Origin: an uncultured Planctomycetota bacterium
GTDB taxonomy: Bacteria > Planctomycetota > Planctomycetia > Isosphaerales > Isosphaeraceae
Reading direction: 5' to 3'
Length of the DNA stretch: 64,000 nucleotides
NCBI GenBank assembly: GCA_963823665.1
Contig: CAWGMQ010000010.1
Coordinates: 96,001 to 160,000 of the forward strand
Part shown: positions 8,567 to 19,600 of the stretch, piece after piece
Layout: each line of letters starts with the position of its first letter
Numbering within the stretch: the first letter of the stretch is position 1
The notes under the pieces: generated by a model
The model's database searches: none
Seen by the model: the letters and a program-made list of their open reading frames with translations, nothing else
What the model was told of the DNA's origin: nothing
Made by a program: the position numbers and the translations under genes

Positions 8567-9944
8567 ATGAAATGCAGCATCATCCTGCCCGTGCTCGACA
8601 GCCATGAAATCTTCCGGCGCCAGATGGTCCGATTCGAAAAGATTTTGCCGGCCGATTTCGAGGTGATCGTCCTCGACGACGGCAGCGACATACCTCTCAC
8701 GTACGACAGGCGCGTCCCCTTCCCGTTCAGGTTGCTGCACACCAATGACAAACGCCCCTGGACCAACGACCTCGCTCGCAACAAGGGCGCCGCCGTTGCA
8801 TCGGGCGAGTACCTCCTTATGATGGATGTCGACCATGTCTTGACGCGGGAAGCGCTCGACCTCGTCCTCCGCTTTCGTGGTGACATGCTCAAGTTTCACC
8901 GCCAGGTCGCTGACCTCGACGAGCATGGCGAAGTTCGCAATATTCGCGAATCGCTCGCCCCGCACCCCAATACCTTTGCAATCAGGAAGTCGCTCTTCGA
9001 GCGAATGGGTGGATACAATCCCGAATACCTCGGCTATGGCGCGCATGATTCGCGCTTTCGGGAGCGATATCAGGCGCTCGTCGACCACGGCCGTGCCGAG
9101 CAAGTCGAATTGGCCGGAATGATCTATGTCGTCACCGAAGCAAAATGGTTTCACAACCTCGAACGGCAGCCGGCGCGTGAGTCACCCGCCCACGTCGGCT
9201 CCATTTCTACTCACGCAGGAGATCTCGTGAAAAGCCCGAGTAGGCCGGAAATCACAGGCCCGCCGCGCGAGCTTCTCGGTGATTGGACGTCGTTTCGGCT
9301 CGAGGATTGGAAGGAAGACAGGAACCACAAGTTCTTGAACCGAAACGACCACCTTGAAAGACAGTGGCGCCGCCTTCATGAACTCTTGCCCGAATACCTG
9401 CCGCGGGAACCGCGGCGCCGGTTCCTCGACGTCGGCTCCGGTAATGGCGCCTCGTTGGAGATCCTCCGGTATCTCGGCCACGATGCTGAAGGTTCTCGAC
9501 TTCACCCCGGGTATCTCCGACCTGGACGGCACCGACTGGGTGTACCGCCCGTTGATCGAGTCGCAACGGCTCAAATGCACCGTCCATGACGGTGCAGTCG
9601 TTCCCTATCCCTACCCCGACGCTCAATTCGATGTGGTGATCTGCTACGGAGTCCTCACATGTTTTCAGCCGTGCAGTCTCTGGCCGCAAATCTTCGACGA
9701 GTTTGCCCGGCTAGCGAAGTCATGCATCCTCCTGGGCGTCAACGTGGGCGAACGCTACGACATCGGCAAGTCAGTCATCGAGAAATGGCGACATCGGGAT
9801 CTCGAATTGACCTATAACGAAGGCGCAATCTACAAGTGGCAGCGAAAACCCGTTCGCGCCCCCTCCGCCGCCGTGCAAGGCCGGCAGAAGAGAGCAGCTC
9901 GACTTCCCCTGGTGTTTTCGGGATCGCGCGTGCGGCCCACCTAG
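8567..9944 (+). CDS. GT2 glycosyltransferase fused to class I SAM methyltransferase, apparent frameshift near 9490
   Basis: GT2 motifs: MKCSIILPV..EVIVLDDGS..ARNKGA..GEYLLMMDVDH..MGGYNP..YGAHD. MTase motif I: RFLDVGSGNG. It continues in ORF 9354-9944 with PYPDAQFDVVICYGVL..EFARLAK. Confidence 0.82.
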
Positions 9945-9950
9945 CTGTGA

Positions 9951-12900
9951 TCACCCACGATTCGACCGCGCCACGCGAAATCCGATCGTAATACTTCGAT
10001 ACAACGGCTTGTTTCCGTCCCGCCTCCCCACCGAGGCGATCAGCGCCGAATAATCGAAGGCGCCGCCGCGCAGCACGCGTTCCCCGTCCTTGGGAGGCGG
10101 CGACCGGTCCTGGCACCATTCATACACGTTGCCGTGAAGATCGAACACGCCCCAGCCGTTCGGCAGCTTGCTGCCGCAGACCGCCGTCTGATTCGACTCG
10201 AACACCGCGTACCGCGCGAGCAAGCCGTCGTCGTTTCCCGAGGCGAACTGTGTCGTTGCTCCGGCGCGACAGGCGTATTCCCATTCCACTTCGGTCGGCA
10301 GTCGATATCCGTCCGCCGCCCCATCCAGGGCCCAATCTCCCTTTGATGCGACATAACAAGGCGTGCGCCCCTCGATGCGGCTGAGCCAGTTGCAAAACAG
10401 GATCGCATCGTACCAACAGACGTTCTGGACCGGGTGACTCATGGTCGGGCTGCGCGCGGGATCCGCCCCAATCCAGCCGCGCGGCTTGGCGTCCGCGGCT
10501 GTGTCCGGATCGTCGATGAACTGCTGGAAGAGCGCGCGCGACGTTTCGCAATCGCTCAGCCAGAACGCCTCGATCCGATCGGGGTGCTTTGCGTCGTCGC
10601 GCGGTTCCAGCGCCGCCGGCCGGCCGGCGGGAATAAGCAGCATCGTCATCTTCACGCGATTGACGTGCCATGGAAAACCCGGTTGCGGCTTGTTGGACGC
10701 GGCAATCTCCGGCAACGGCTGTTTCCACTGCCGAAGCGCCCATCCCGCCGCGCTGTGCGTCCCTCCGTCGCGCTGAGTGCGATACCATGCCACGAGCGTC
10801 GCCACCGCTGCGCCCATCTCGCTCGGAGACATCGCGGCGGGCGGAATAGAGCCGATTCCCGAACAGACCCCCGAGCGAAACCACGTCGGCTCCAGATCGG
10901 CCACGTGGTCAAGGAGTCGATTCACGGCGCCGTGCCAGGTCGAAAGTGATTCGATGAGCAGCGTTCGCTCAGCCGGATCTTCCGCGAGCGCGAACATTTC
11001 GCGCGCCACGCTCGGCTCGCCGAGCTGGAGCAAGAGGACCGCAAGTCGAGCTTCGAGTCGAAAGTCTTTCTCCGCGTTCGCTCGAACGGCCGATTGCACA
11101 AGCGGTCCGATCGCGACGCCCCGGCGGTGCTGGAGTGCGGCCACCAGGTTGGCGCATTCGTTGGGTGGGGCCGTTCCTGCGCTGTCGAGCAGATCCTTGA
11201 GACGTACGTCGCCGAAGGCGGCGAGCAACACGGCCGCACGGAGTCGGCGCGGCGAGTCCGGCGCCGCTCCGTCAAAATCCCGCTCGAGCATTCGGACGAC
11301 ATGCTGCCCTAGCGGATCGAGATTGCCAATCGCGTAGGGAACCGCGTCGGCCGGCGCGTTCAGCGCGGCGTCGACGGCGAGCCGGTGCGTTCCCGGTCGC
11401 TCTCTCGTTTCTGCTCGGCAAGAATGCGGTCTTGCTGCGCGACGTACATCCGCAACGACGCCCCCAGGGCGGCCAGCAAGAGGAGGGCCGCTCCGAGGCG
11501 GAGGCCGTGAAACCTCGCCGCCGCGCGCATGATCCGTCGTTCGGAATCGCTCCAGGTCCGCCGGCGAGTCAGCAAGCGCATCCCCAGGTATTCAATCGAT
11601 GTCGGCAGCCGCTGATTCGCGGGCCTCGCGCCCCAGTTCGCCGCGCATTCCGAAAGGCGCAGCTCTGCCCGGCCGCGCCACGTTTCCTTCCGCTTCCGCG
11701 TCAACCAGTCGCGCAGGCTCTGAACCAGATAATCGTGGGTCAGTTGGTAATAGCCGTCGGCCGCGTCGTGGCTCGAATCGCCCTCGAAGCCATCGGGGTC
11801 CGTCGGTGTGATCAGCCGCAATTCGCCGTCGAGGATGCGCAGCACATCGTCAAACTCGTTGGTGTCTCGGCAGCCCGATGCATGCAGCAGGTCGCGGTAC
11901 GAGCGCATGTTCGTCTTGATGTCGGTGCCGGCTTCCGGCAGCAGCGATTGCAGCACGGCGCGCGCCCCAGCCTGATGGGCGAGATGTTCCGGGTTCGCCT
12001 CGCGCGCCGCAAACGACTCTTCGAGAAAATTGACGCCGACTCCGGTCGCACCGCCGACGGCGTCGAGAGTGGCAGGGACCCAGGGTTTGCCCTTGACCAT
12101 TTCCGCGAGCAGCGCCAGGCGCACGCAAATGACTTTTCCTTCGTGTGCCAGACCTCTGGCGGCGTCGTCGAGGAACCGCTTGTGCTCTTCGGCAAGCTCG
12201 TTGGAGCTCCTCGGCAGCCGGCCGAACGCCCGGCCGAACTTGGCGAGGACGTTCCGCGCATGATCGACGTCGAAGAGATCGACGGCGGCGAAGTTGTCCC
12301 CCTCGATGATCCGCGCTTCCAGCTCGCGCATGAACCGCCAGGCCGCCATCGCAAAGTCGTCGCGAACCATCACGACCACCTGCACATGTTCGCCGTCGCA
12401 CTGTCGCAGCGCGCTCACCAGCTCCGTATTCTCTTCCCCACGCCTCGCATGGAGCCACTGCTCGAACTGGTCCAGGATTAGCAGCACCTTGTGCTCGCGC
12501 GGCAGCACTCGCCCCCGTCGAAGGGTTGCCAGCGCAGCGACCAACCCCAGGTCTACAGCGAGTTCAGGGCAAACTTTGCGTAAACCCTTGAGCAGCCGTG
12601 CCTCTGTCTCCTCCGCGGTCGCCTCGACGTAGACCGAAAGGATGTTCTTGTCGAGCCGAGGCAGAAGTCCTGCCTTCACGAGCGACGACTTGCCGCAGCC
12701 TGATGGACCGTAGATCAACCCCACCTTGAACGTCCGGTCAGGATCGAGCTGCTCGATCTTCCGTTTCCAGAATCGGAGGCTTTCGGGCAGTCCCTCCCGA
12801 TCGCGCGGTGCCGGCAGCAATTCCAGAAAGAATTCGGCATCCCCCTCGTCGAAGGATCGCAGTCCCTTGGGCACGATCGTGGTCGATTGCCCGCCCGAGT

Positions 12901-13913
12901 CGGACGGCTTGGCTGTTGATGGTGTCAGCAGCGCTTCCTGAGTGGAGCCGCCCGGCGTGGATATTGGAGCCGCCGGAGCGGCCGGCGAGACCGTGCCCCC
13001 TGTCGTTTCCCGGAACAGAAGCAGGTCTTCGGCCATGTCCATGGCGGTGTTGTATCGCTCCGAAGCTCGCTTGCTCATCGCCTTCAGGCAGATCCGTTCC
13101 AGCTCCTTCGGAATCCGGTCATCGATCTGGCGCGGTGGGCGAGCTTCGACCGTCGCGATCAGGTCCAGCAATTCGTTCCGGGCTTCGTCCGTGTCCGTGG
13201 CCTGGGCGACAAACGGCCGCCTCCCGGTCAGCAGCTCGTAGAAAATGACGCCCAGACTGAAGACGTCCGAGCGGCCATCGACTCGATGACCCTCCCCTCG
13301 AGCCTGTTCGGGACTCATGTACGAAGGTGTTCCCGCAATCCCTCGACCCTTGCCAAAGTCCTCGTCTCTGAGGGCGGAGACCGAAATCGGCGACGAACGC
13401 CTTCCCCGTGCCGTCGACCAGAATGTTGGCGGGCTTGATGTCCCGATGCACCAGCCCCTTTGTATGTGCGTAGTGCAGGGCTTCGGCGACGGTTGCCACC
13501 AATCCCACTGTCTCGTGGAAACGGAAACGTGTTTCCTTCATCCGGGCGGCAAGGTCACTCCCCTCGATGCACTTGGAAACGACGAAGCACAATCCATCCT
13601 CGGTGCGCCCCACGTCATAAACCGGCACGATGTGGGGATGGTCAAGATTGGCAACGATGCGGGCTTCGGTGAGGTATGCCTCGATAAGCTCCGGCTGCGA
13701 GACTCGCTCCCGGCGCGGGACTTTGATCGCAACCCGCCGCCCGAGCTCCTCGTCAATGGCCAGGAAGACATCGCCGAACCCGCCCTTCCCAAGTCGACTG
13801 CGAATCGCGTACCGCCCGATCTTGAGCGGATCGAGAAGAGATGAATACTCTTCGGAGTCTTGAACGGATGGGGTGAATCCCTGAGTGGAAGCCAGATTCT
13901 CGGAATCGTCCAT
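9951..13913 (-). CDS. Ser/Thr kinase - nSTAND1 NTPase - TM - FGE-sulfatase (SUMF1-like) fusion, apparent frameshifts near 13380 and 11365
   Basis: Kinase: [29 protein letters not shown]. NTPase: Walker [10 protein letters not shown] and Walker [52 protein letters not shown]. Spread over three ORFs. Confidence 0.88.
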
Positions 13914-14092
13914 CACGCCAGCTCCAGCAATGGCCGCTGTCTGATTTCAGCCGGCCGATCCCATTCTCGCATACTGAACTGGCAAGGCATAGAACGAACT
14001 GCAACGTTCGTGCGACTGAGTTCACAGTCCACTTCGCATCGACCACGTTGACCAACCACTGAGGAGACTGAGCCGAAACTCATCCTGCCGCG

Positions 14093-15580
14093 TTACTTCT
14101 TCGCGGATGAGCCAACGCGGGCAAAGATCGTCTTCATCGTGAGCTGTGCTTCGGTACGAACGCCCAGGTCCGGATCGGCCTTGGCCGACTTCATGAACGT
14201 GAGCGTGTCTTTACCTCCCACCACTCTCAAGATGCGACAGGCTTTCATGCGAAGGATCGGGTCGGGGCTCTTCAGAATTTCGATCAGCGCTGGCTCGGCG
14301 GCGGGCCCGAGCCGGCGCAATGCTGGGTCGGCGGCGATGTCATCCTCCTTCAGGCGCTCGGCGATCGGCCCGGCGGCCCGCGCGTCACCCAGCTCGCCCA
14401 GGATCTTGATCACCTCCCAGCGCACGCCGTGGCGGCTGTCCGATAATTTGCCAAAGAGCGCGGGCACCGTTTCGGGCGTCAGCCACTTCGCCATCGCCCG
14501 AGCCACCTCGATGACGAGAAAACCATCCTGATCATCCAGCAGCGGTAAGAGGCCGTCGCGCACCGTCTCGCGCAGGTCGTCGACGGGTGCCGTTCCACGC
14601 AGCTTTTCGACGGCTTCGCTGCGCGTCCCGGCGTCAACAGACTTCAGGTCGGCGAGTGCCTTTTTTACACGGTCGGACTTTGAGGCAGAGCCTGTTTTGG
14701 ACGCCGAACCACCCTCCGGCGACTTCTCTGCTTCCTTCGAACTCGACTTTTCGGGGTCCGCCTTTCTTCCGGATCCGGCTTGAGCGGTGTTGTCGACCGG
14801 AAGCGGTTTGCCCGCGGCGACGATCTTGTTTTCCGTCGCGTCCCTGATCGCCCCCTCGATGCGGGCAATTTGAGCACGCTGCGCGGGCGCTGCGGCACCC
14901 TGCTTGGGGGCTTTTATCGCCTTGATGTAGGGAATTGTGATCGCCCACACAACGACCAGCCCTAGAATGCCCGTGAGATTGCCGAGCAGAAGCGGCCCTG
15001 TTTCTCTCAGGTTCTTGAGTACCCAGACCAGGTTGCGAAACGGCGTAAACAAGGGCAATCCGTCGTAGCCGGCGGCATACCCCATGAACATGAGCTTCAC
15101 GTTGCAGACCGCCGCGAGACCCCCGAAAACGCCGGTCGCTAGTTCAGCCATTCCAATCCAGACCATTTCAGGATGTCCGGTGGTGATCCCGAAGTAGATG
15201 ATCACTGCGCCACCGAAGACCAGCAGCCCCCCGATCAGCGATAGCCCGATTTTGATGACGGGTGAAAGACGGCTCGCCGAGGCTTTCTTCGCCTTCGGAC
15301 GGGCACTGCCTGGCCTGTACCCCATTCGAGGGGGCGGAGGTTGGTCATCTTCATACTCCGCGGATCTTGCTCGAGCGGCTGGCTTGACCGGTGCCGGCCG
15401 CTGCTCGAAACGGTCATCCGATCGGGAATGCTCATGCTCCGCGACCGACGACAGTGGCACTCCCGTCGCCGGAATCGCGATCACCGCCGTGCAGTGCTTG
15501 CATTTCACGCTCTTTCCCGCGAGCGCGGCTTCGAACGAATAGCACTTGCCACAGCTTGAACAGGTGCAAACGATCGCCAT
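14093..15580 (-). CDS. Membrane protein with N-terminal zinc ribbon and C-terminal HEAT repeats
   Basis: CTCSSCGK..GKSVKCKHC, three hydrophobic segments, HEAT-like LSDSRHGVRWEVIKILGELGDARA and LKSPDPILRMKACRIL. Confidence 0.8.
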   Translation of the reverse strand: MAIVCTCSSCGKCYSFEAALAGKSVKCKHCTAVIAIPATGVPLSSVAEHEHSRSDDRFEQRPAPVKPAARARSAEYEDDQPPPPRMGYRPGSARPKAKKASASRLSPVIKIGLSLIGGLLVFGGAVIIYFGITTGHPEMVWIGMAELATGVFGGLAAVCNVKLMFMGYAAGYDGLPLFTPFRNLVWVLKNLRETGPLLLGNLTGILGLVVVWAITIPYIKAIKAPKQGAAAPAQRAQIARIEGAIRDATENKIVAAGKPLPVDNTAQAGSGRKADPEKSSSKEAEKSPEGGSASKTGSASKSDRVKKALADLKSVDAGTRSEAVEKLRGTAPVDDLRETVRDGLLPLLDDQDGFLVIEVARAMAKWLTPETVPALFGKLSDSRHGVRWEVIKILGELGDARAAGPIAERLKEDDIAADPALRRLGPAAEPALIEILKSPDPILRMKACRILRVVGGKDTLTFMKSAKADPDLGVRTEAQLTMKTIFARVGSSAKK

Positions 15581-15818
15581 GGGATGGTCCTGGAAAGTCG
15601 CCGTGCCAGGTCAACTGTTCCTGCGAGGAAAGCGCAACCAAGACCCGGTCGCGCTTCACCACTGATTCTACCAAGTCGATCGCCGCCGAAAAGGAGCGAT
15701 CGCTCCAATCCGGAACCTTATCTGGGAGCCGGTCTCTCAGTCGAGTGGCATCGACGCCCCGACACGGTTACCATGACATCAGAGACAGCGAATGGCTTCT
15801 GAGTCGGGAGTCTAACCC

Positions 15819-16646
15819 ATGCTGGCGACCTTGACCGCCCTGACCGTGATCGCCCTCGTCAGTTCCCCCCAAGACAAGGAACCACCCACCAAGGACGAGC
15901 TCGCCGCGATCACGGATCGTGGTCGCGACCTCGCCGGATACGATGCCGCGGCCTGGCACGCCTCCGACGCCGTGCAGGCCAAGGAACCGAAACCCGGGAG
16001 CATCGTTCGCTACATTGCCCATAAAACCGACAAGAAGTGGACCGTCGCCTTCGGACGGCTCGACGAGAAAGGGGAGAAATTCCTGATCGCGTACGAGGCA
16101 ATCCAGGGCGAGAAGCCCGACGACTTCGACGTGAAGGAGTTGACTCCGCCCAAAGAAGACACAACGTTCTTCCTCACGGCCGCGAAGGCGATTGACGCCT
16201 CGCTCAAGGACTTCGTGGAACATTTTGCGGGGCGGCAGCGTCCCTACAATGTCGCTGTCCTTCCCGCCGAGAAGGGGCAAGCCTGGGTCTATCTCGTCCC
16301 GGCTCCGACCAAACCGAAGATATGGCCGCTGGGAGGCGATGTCCGCTACTTGATGTCAGCCGACGGCACGAAGATCGTGTCCAAGCGCCAGCTTCACAAG
16401 TCGGTCATCGAGGTCGAGCCCCCGACGGACAAGAATAAGCAACAGGTGGGCGGGATTCACACGCACGTGCTGGATGACACACCCGAAGACACCGACGTCT
16501 TCCACGTCCTCGCCAGAAAGCCCGCCGTGCCCGAGATGATCATCACAAAGCAATTCGTCTTCGAGGTCAAACCCGACGGGAGCATCAAGTACGTGGGGAA
16601 ATGCGAAGATGTGCTGAACAAGAAACAACCGCAATCACCCGAGTGA
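15819..16646 (+). CDS. Hypothetical secreted protein
   Basis: Hydrophobic N-terminus MLATLTALTVIALVSSPQ; 275-aa ORF with protein-like composition; HTH..P...D motif near the C-terminus. Confidence 0.75.
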   Translation: MLATLTALTVIALVSSPQDKEPPTKDELAAITDRGRDLAGYDAAAWHASDAVQAKEPKPGSIVRYIAHKTDKKWTVAFGRLDEKGEKFLIAYEAIQGEKPDDFDVKELTPPKEDTTFFLTAAKAIDASLKDFVEHFAGRQRPYNVAVLPAEKGQAWVYLVPAPTKPKIWPLGGDVRYLMSADGTKIVSKRQLHKSVIEVEPPTDKNKQQVGGIHTHVLDDTPEDTDVFHVLARKPAVPEMIITKQFVFEVKPDGSIKYVGKCEDVLNKKQPQSPE

Positions 16647-16652
16647 CCCACC

Positions 16653-19600
16653 TCATTTCAGCGTCGTCGTGTAATTCATCCCGCCATCGAGCGGGCGCCC
16701 TAGCAGATCGAACAAACCTGCCGCGTTGACCGTCAGCTTGACCGGCGGGTTCAGCACCAGCGCCTTGCGCGTCGTGAGCGTCACCGTTGTGGCGCTCGCC
16801 GTGTAGCTCGCACTCGTCAGAGCGACTGCTGCCGGCTTTTGCTTCTTCTTCGCCGGCACCGTCACCAGGCTGTACTCATTGATGTTCTGCGCGTCGGCCA
16901 TGTTCAGCCCGCCGCTGAACTGCACCACGATCACCTCGACTGACTTCTTCTTGACCTTGGTCTTCTGGATGGAAACTCGCTCGACGGTGACGAGCGCCGG
17001 GTTCACTGTGAGCTGACCGGAGACGAAATCCGCCGGCGGGAACGTGTAGTTCGCGGCCGCGAGCGTGCCGGCGCTCGACACCATGATCGTGTACACGCCC
17101 GCCGCGGTCGACGACGTGACGGTCGGCGAGGTCGCCAGCACGGGCGCTCCCAGCACCACGCTCGCCGGGTCGCTGTTCACAAACCCGGTGATCACAAATG
17201 CCGAGGGCCCCGTCAAGCTCGGCACCGGCCCGCCCTGAGACATCGAGGCGTTCTGCGCTGTCACGAAAAGCGGCGCCGGCTTGACCGAGAGCATTCCGTT
17301 GGCCGTCGTGAACGTGTAGTTGTCGGCCGAGAGCGTTCCCGAGTTGACCGTGATCGGATACGGTCCGCCTGCGACACCACTTCGCGAGGTGGCCGTTGTT
17401 GAGAGCACCGGCGCTCCACTGACGACGCTCGCATCATCGCCGGCGACGAATCCCGTGATCTGGTACGCGGAGGGAAGATTCAAATTGGGCACGGTCGAGC
17501 CGTAGAGCATCGACGTGTTCTGCGCCGTGACCACAAGCTGCGCGGGGGTGACTGTCAGCTCGCCGTCGAAGACATTTTCATCATCGAACGCGTAGTTCGA
17601 GTTCGAGATCGAAACGCTGCTGACATCCACGACGATCGGATATGTGCCGACCGGGCTTGCCGACGTCGCGGTCGTCGTGACGAAAGGGTCGCCGGTGAGG
17701 ATGCTCTGGTCATCGTCATTCACAAATCCTTCGACCTCATAATCATTGCTCACGTCGGGAACCGGATCGCCATAGACCATGGAGATAGGCCCGGCCGAGA
17801 CCGAGAGAATCACCGGTGTGACCAACAGCAAGCCCGGCAGAAACGTGAACGTGTAATTTGCGGCGTTCAGCGTGCCCTGCGCGATCGTGATGGGATAGCC
17901 GGAATTGCCGTTGTCCAGAACCGGGCTCATGGATGTCGCGGTCGTGGTGAGCTGCGGCGCTCCGGTGAGCACCGTGTCTGTCTCGTTATTGACAAATCCG
18001 CTGAACGAATACGTCAGGTCCGGTAGCGTGGTCGAGCCGTAAGTCATCGAGCCGTCGTCTGCGGTCACGGTCAATTGGGCAGGTGCAACGCTGACGTGCT
18101 GTGTGGTCACCTGGTCCGCGACCTCCTGCACCATGTTGTATCCCGAGTTGGCGATGAACACGTCGCCCGCGCGGTCCACGGCGATCCCGTCCGAATCGCT
18201 GAAGAAGACGCCAAAAGGCGATCCTGTGTACGTGGGACTGCCGGAGCCGAAGGTACTGCCGGCGAACGCGCTGGTGGCATGAGTCCCGGCGTGAATCTCG
18301 TAAACAAGTGAATTGCCGGCGCAGACAAAGACGTTTCCCGTGGCGTCGACAGCAATGGCAGACGTGCCATCGTAGTTTCCGCTGCCGATCGCAATGATCA
18401 CGCCGGGCGCGGCCGCGCTGACCTCGCAGACAGAAGCGTCGCCATTGTTCGCGATGAAGAGGTCGCCCGCCGCATCGACCGCCACCCCTGCGGGGTCGAA
18501 CAGTCCACCCGACGGCGGGCCATCGTCACCGGAGGCACGAGGCGTGCCGGCAACGGTATTGATGATGCCCGTGGCGGCGCTCACTTCGCGAATCACGTAG
18601 TTATAGGTGTCGGCAATGAAAAGATCGCCGGCGGCATCCACGGCCAGTCCCTCGGGCCCATCGAGCTTGGCAGATGCCGCAGCACCGCCGTCTCCGGAGA
18701 ATCCGCCCTGGCCGTCGATGCCGGCGAAGGTGCTCTCTGTGCCGTCAGAAAGCAGGCCGTCCGGCCCGGGAGCGACCTTCATGACGTAGTCGTCAAGAGA
18801 GAATGAGATGAAGAGATCTCCCGAGGAGTCCACCGCAAGCCCGTACATGTCGTTAACAAGCCCGCTCACGACCGTGGTAATCGTGCCGGTCGCGGCACTG
18901 ATCTCGCGAATCTCGCCGTTGTAGGTGTCGGCAATGAAAAGATCGCCGGCCGAGTCAGTCGCCAGCCCGCGCGGACCATAAAGCGTGGCCTTGACCGCCG
19001 GCCCGCCATCGCCGCCGCTACCCTGATTGTCGTAGCCTTGCCCGGCCACCGTGTGGATGACTGCCGCGGCCGGCCCGGTCGAAGTACTCGGCCCATACGT
19101 GGGGGAGCCGCCATACGAGGCAAAGACAGAGTCGTTCCCGGCCGGAAGCAACATTGTTGAGAATGTCGCCATGCCGGTGACGAGCTCGGCCGTCCCGATC
19201 GTCTGGCTCCCGAGGATAAAGCTGACCATTCCGCCCGCGGGCGTGGTGGCGCCGGCCGGATTGGTCGTGACGGTGGCTGTAAAGGTTTCCTGGTCGCCGT
19301 AATTGATCGAGGCCGCCGAGAGCGCCAGCGTCGTGAGCGTGGGCGTTGAACCCATCGCAGCCGCGATCGTGAGCGTGCCTTCAACCGGTTTGGTCAGCGC
19401 GTAATTCATGTTGGCCAGCGTTCCCATGCTGGAAAACTGGATCGGGTATTGTCCTGCCATACTCGAGTCGACAGCCGAGGTTGCCGCAACCGGGAAAGCA
19501 CTGAAGACGCTGGCCTCCGTGTCGCCATTGACAAATTCGTCCGCCGGAATCGTGTAAGTGAACACCGGCAGTGGCGCGCCCACCGAGATCGACTGGTCGT

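Noticed and set aside
9951..10120. FGE/C-type-lectin C-terminus as a diversity-generating retroelement target
   Set aside because: No reverse transcriptase and no second copy of the region (template repeat) were seen in this window. A remote DGR cannot be excluded.
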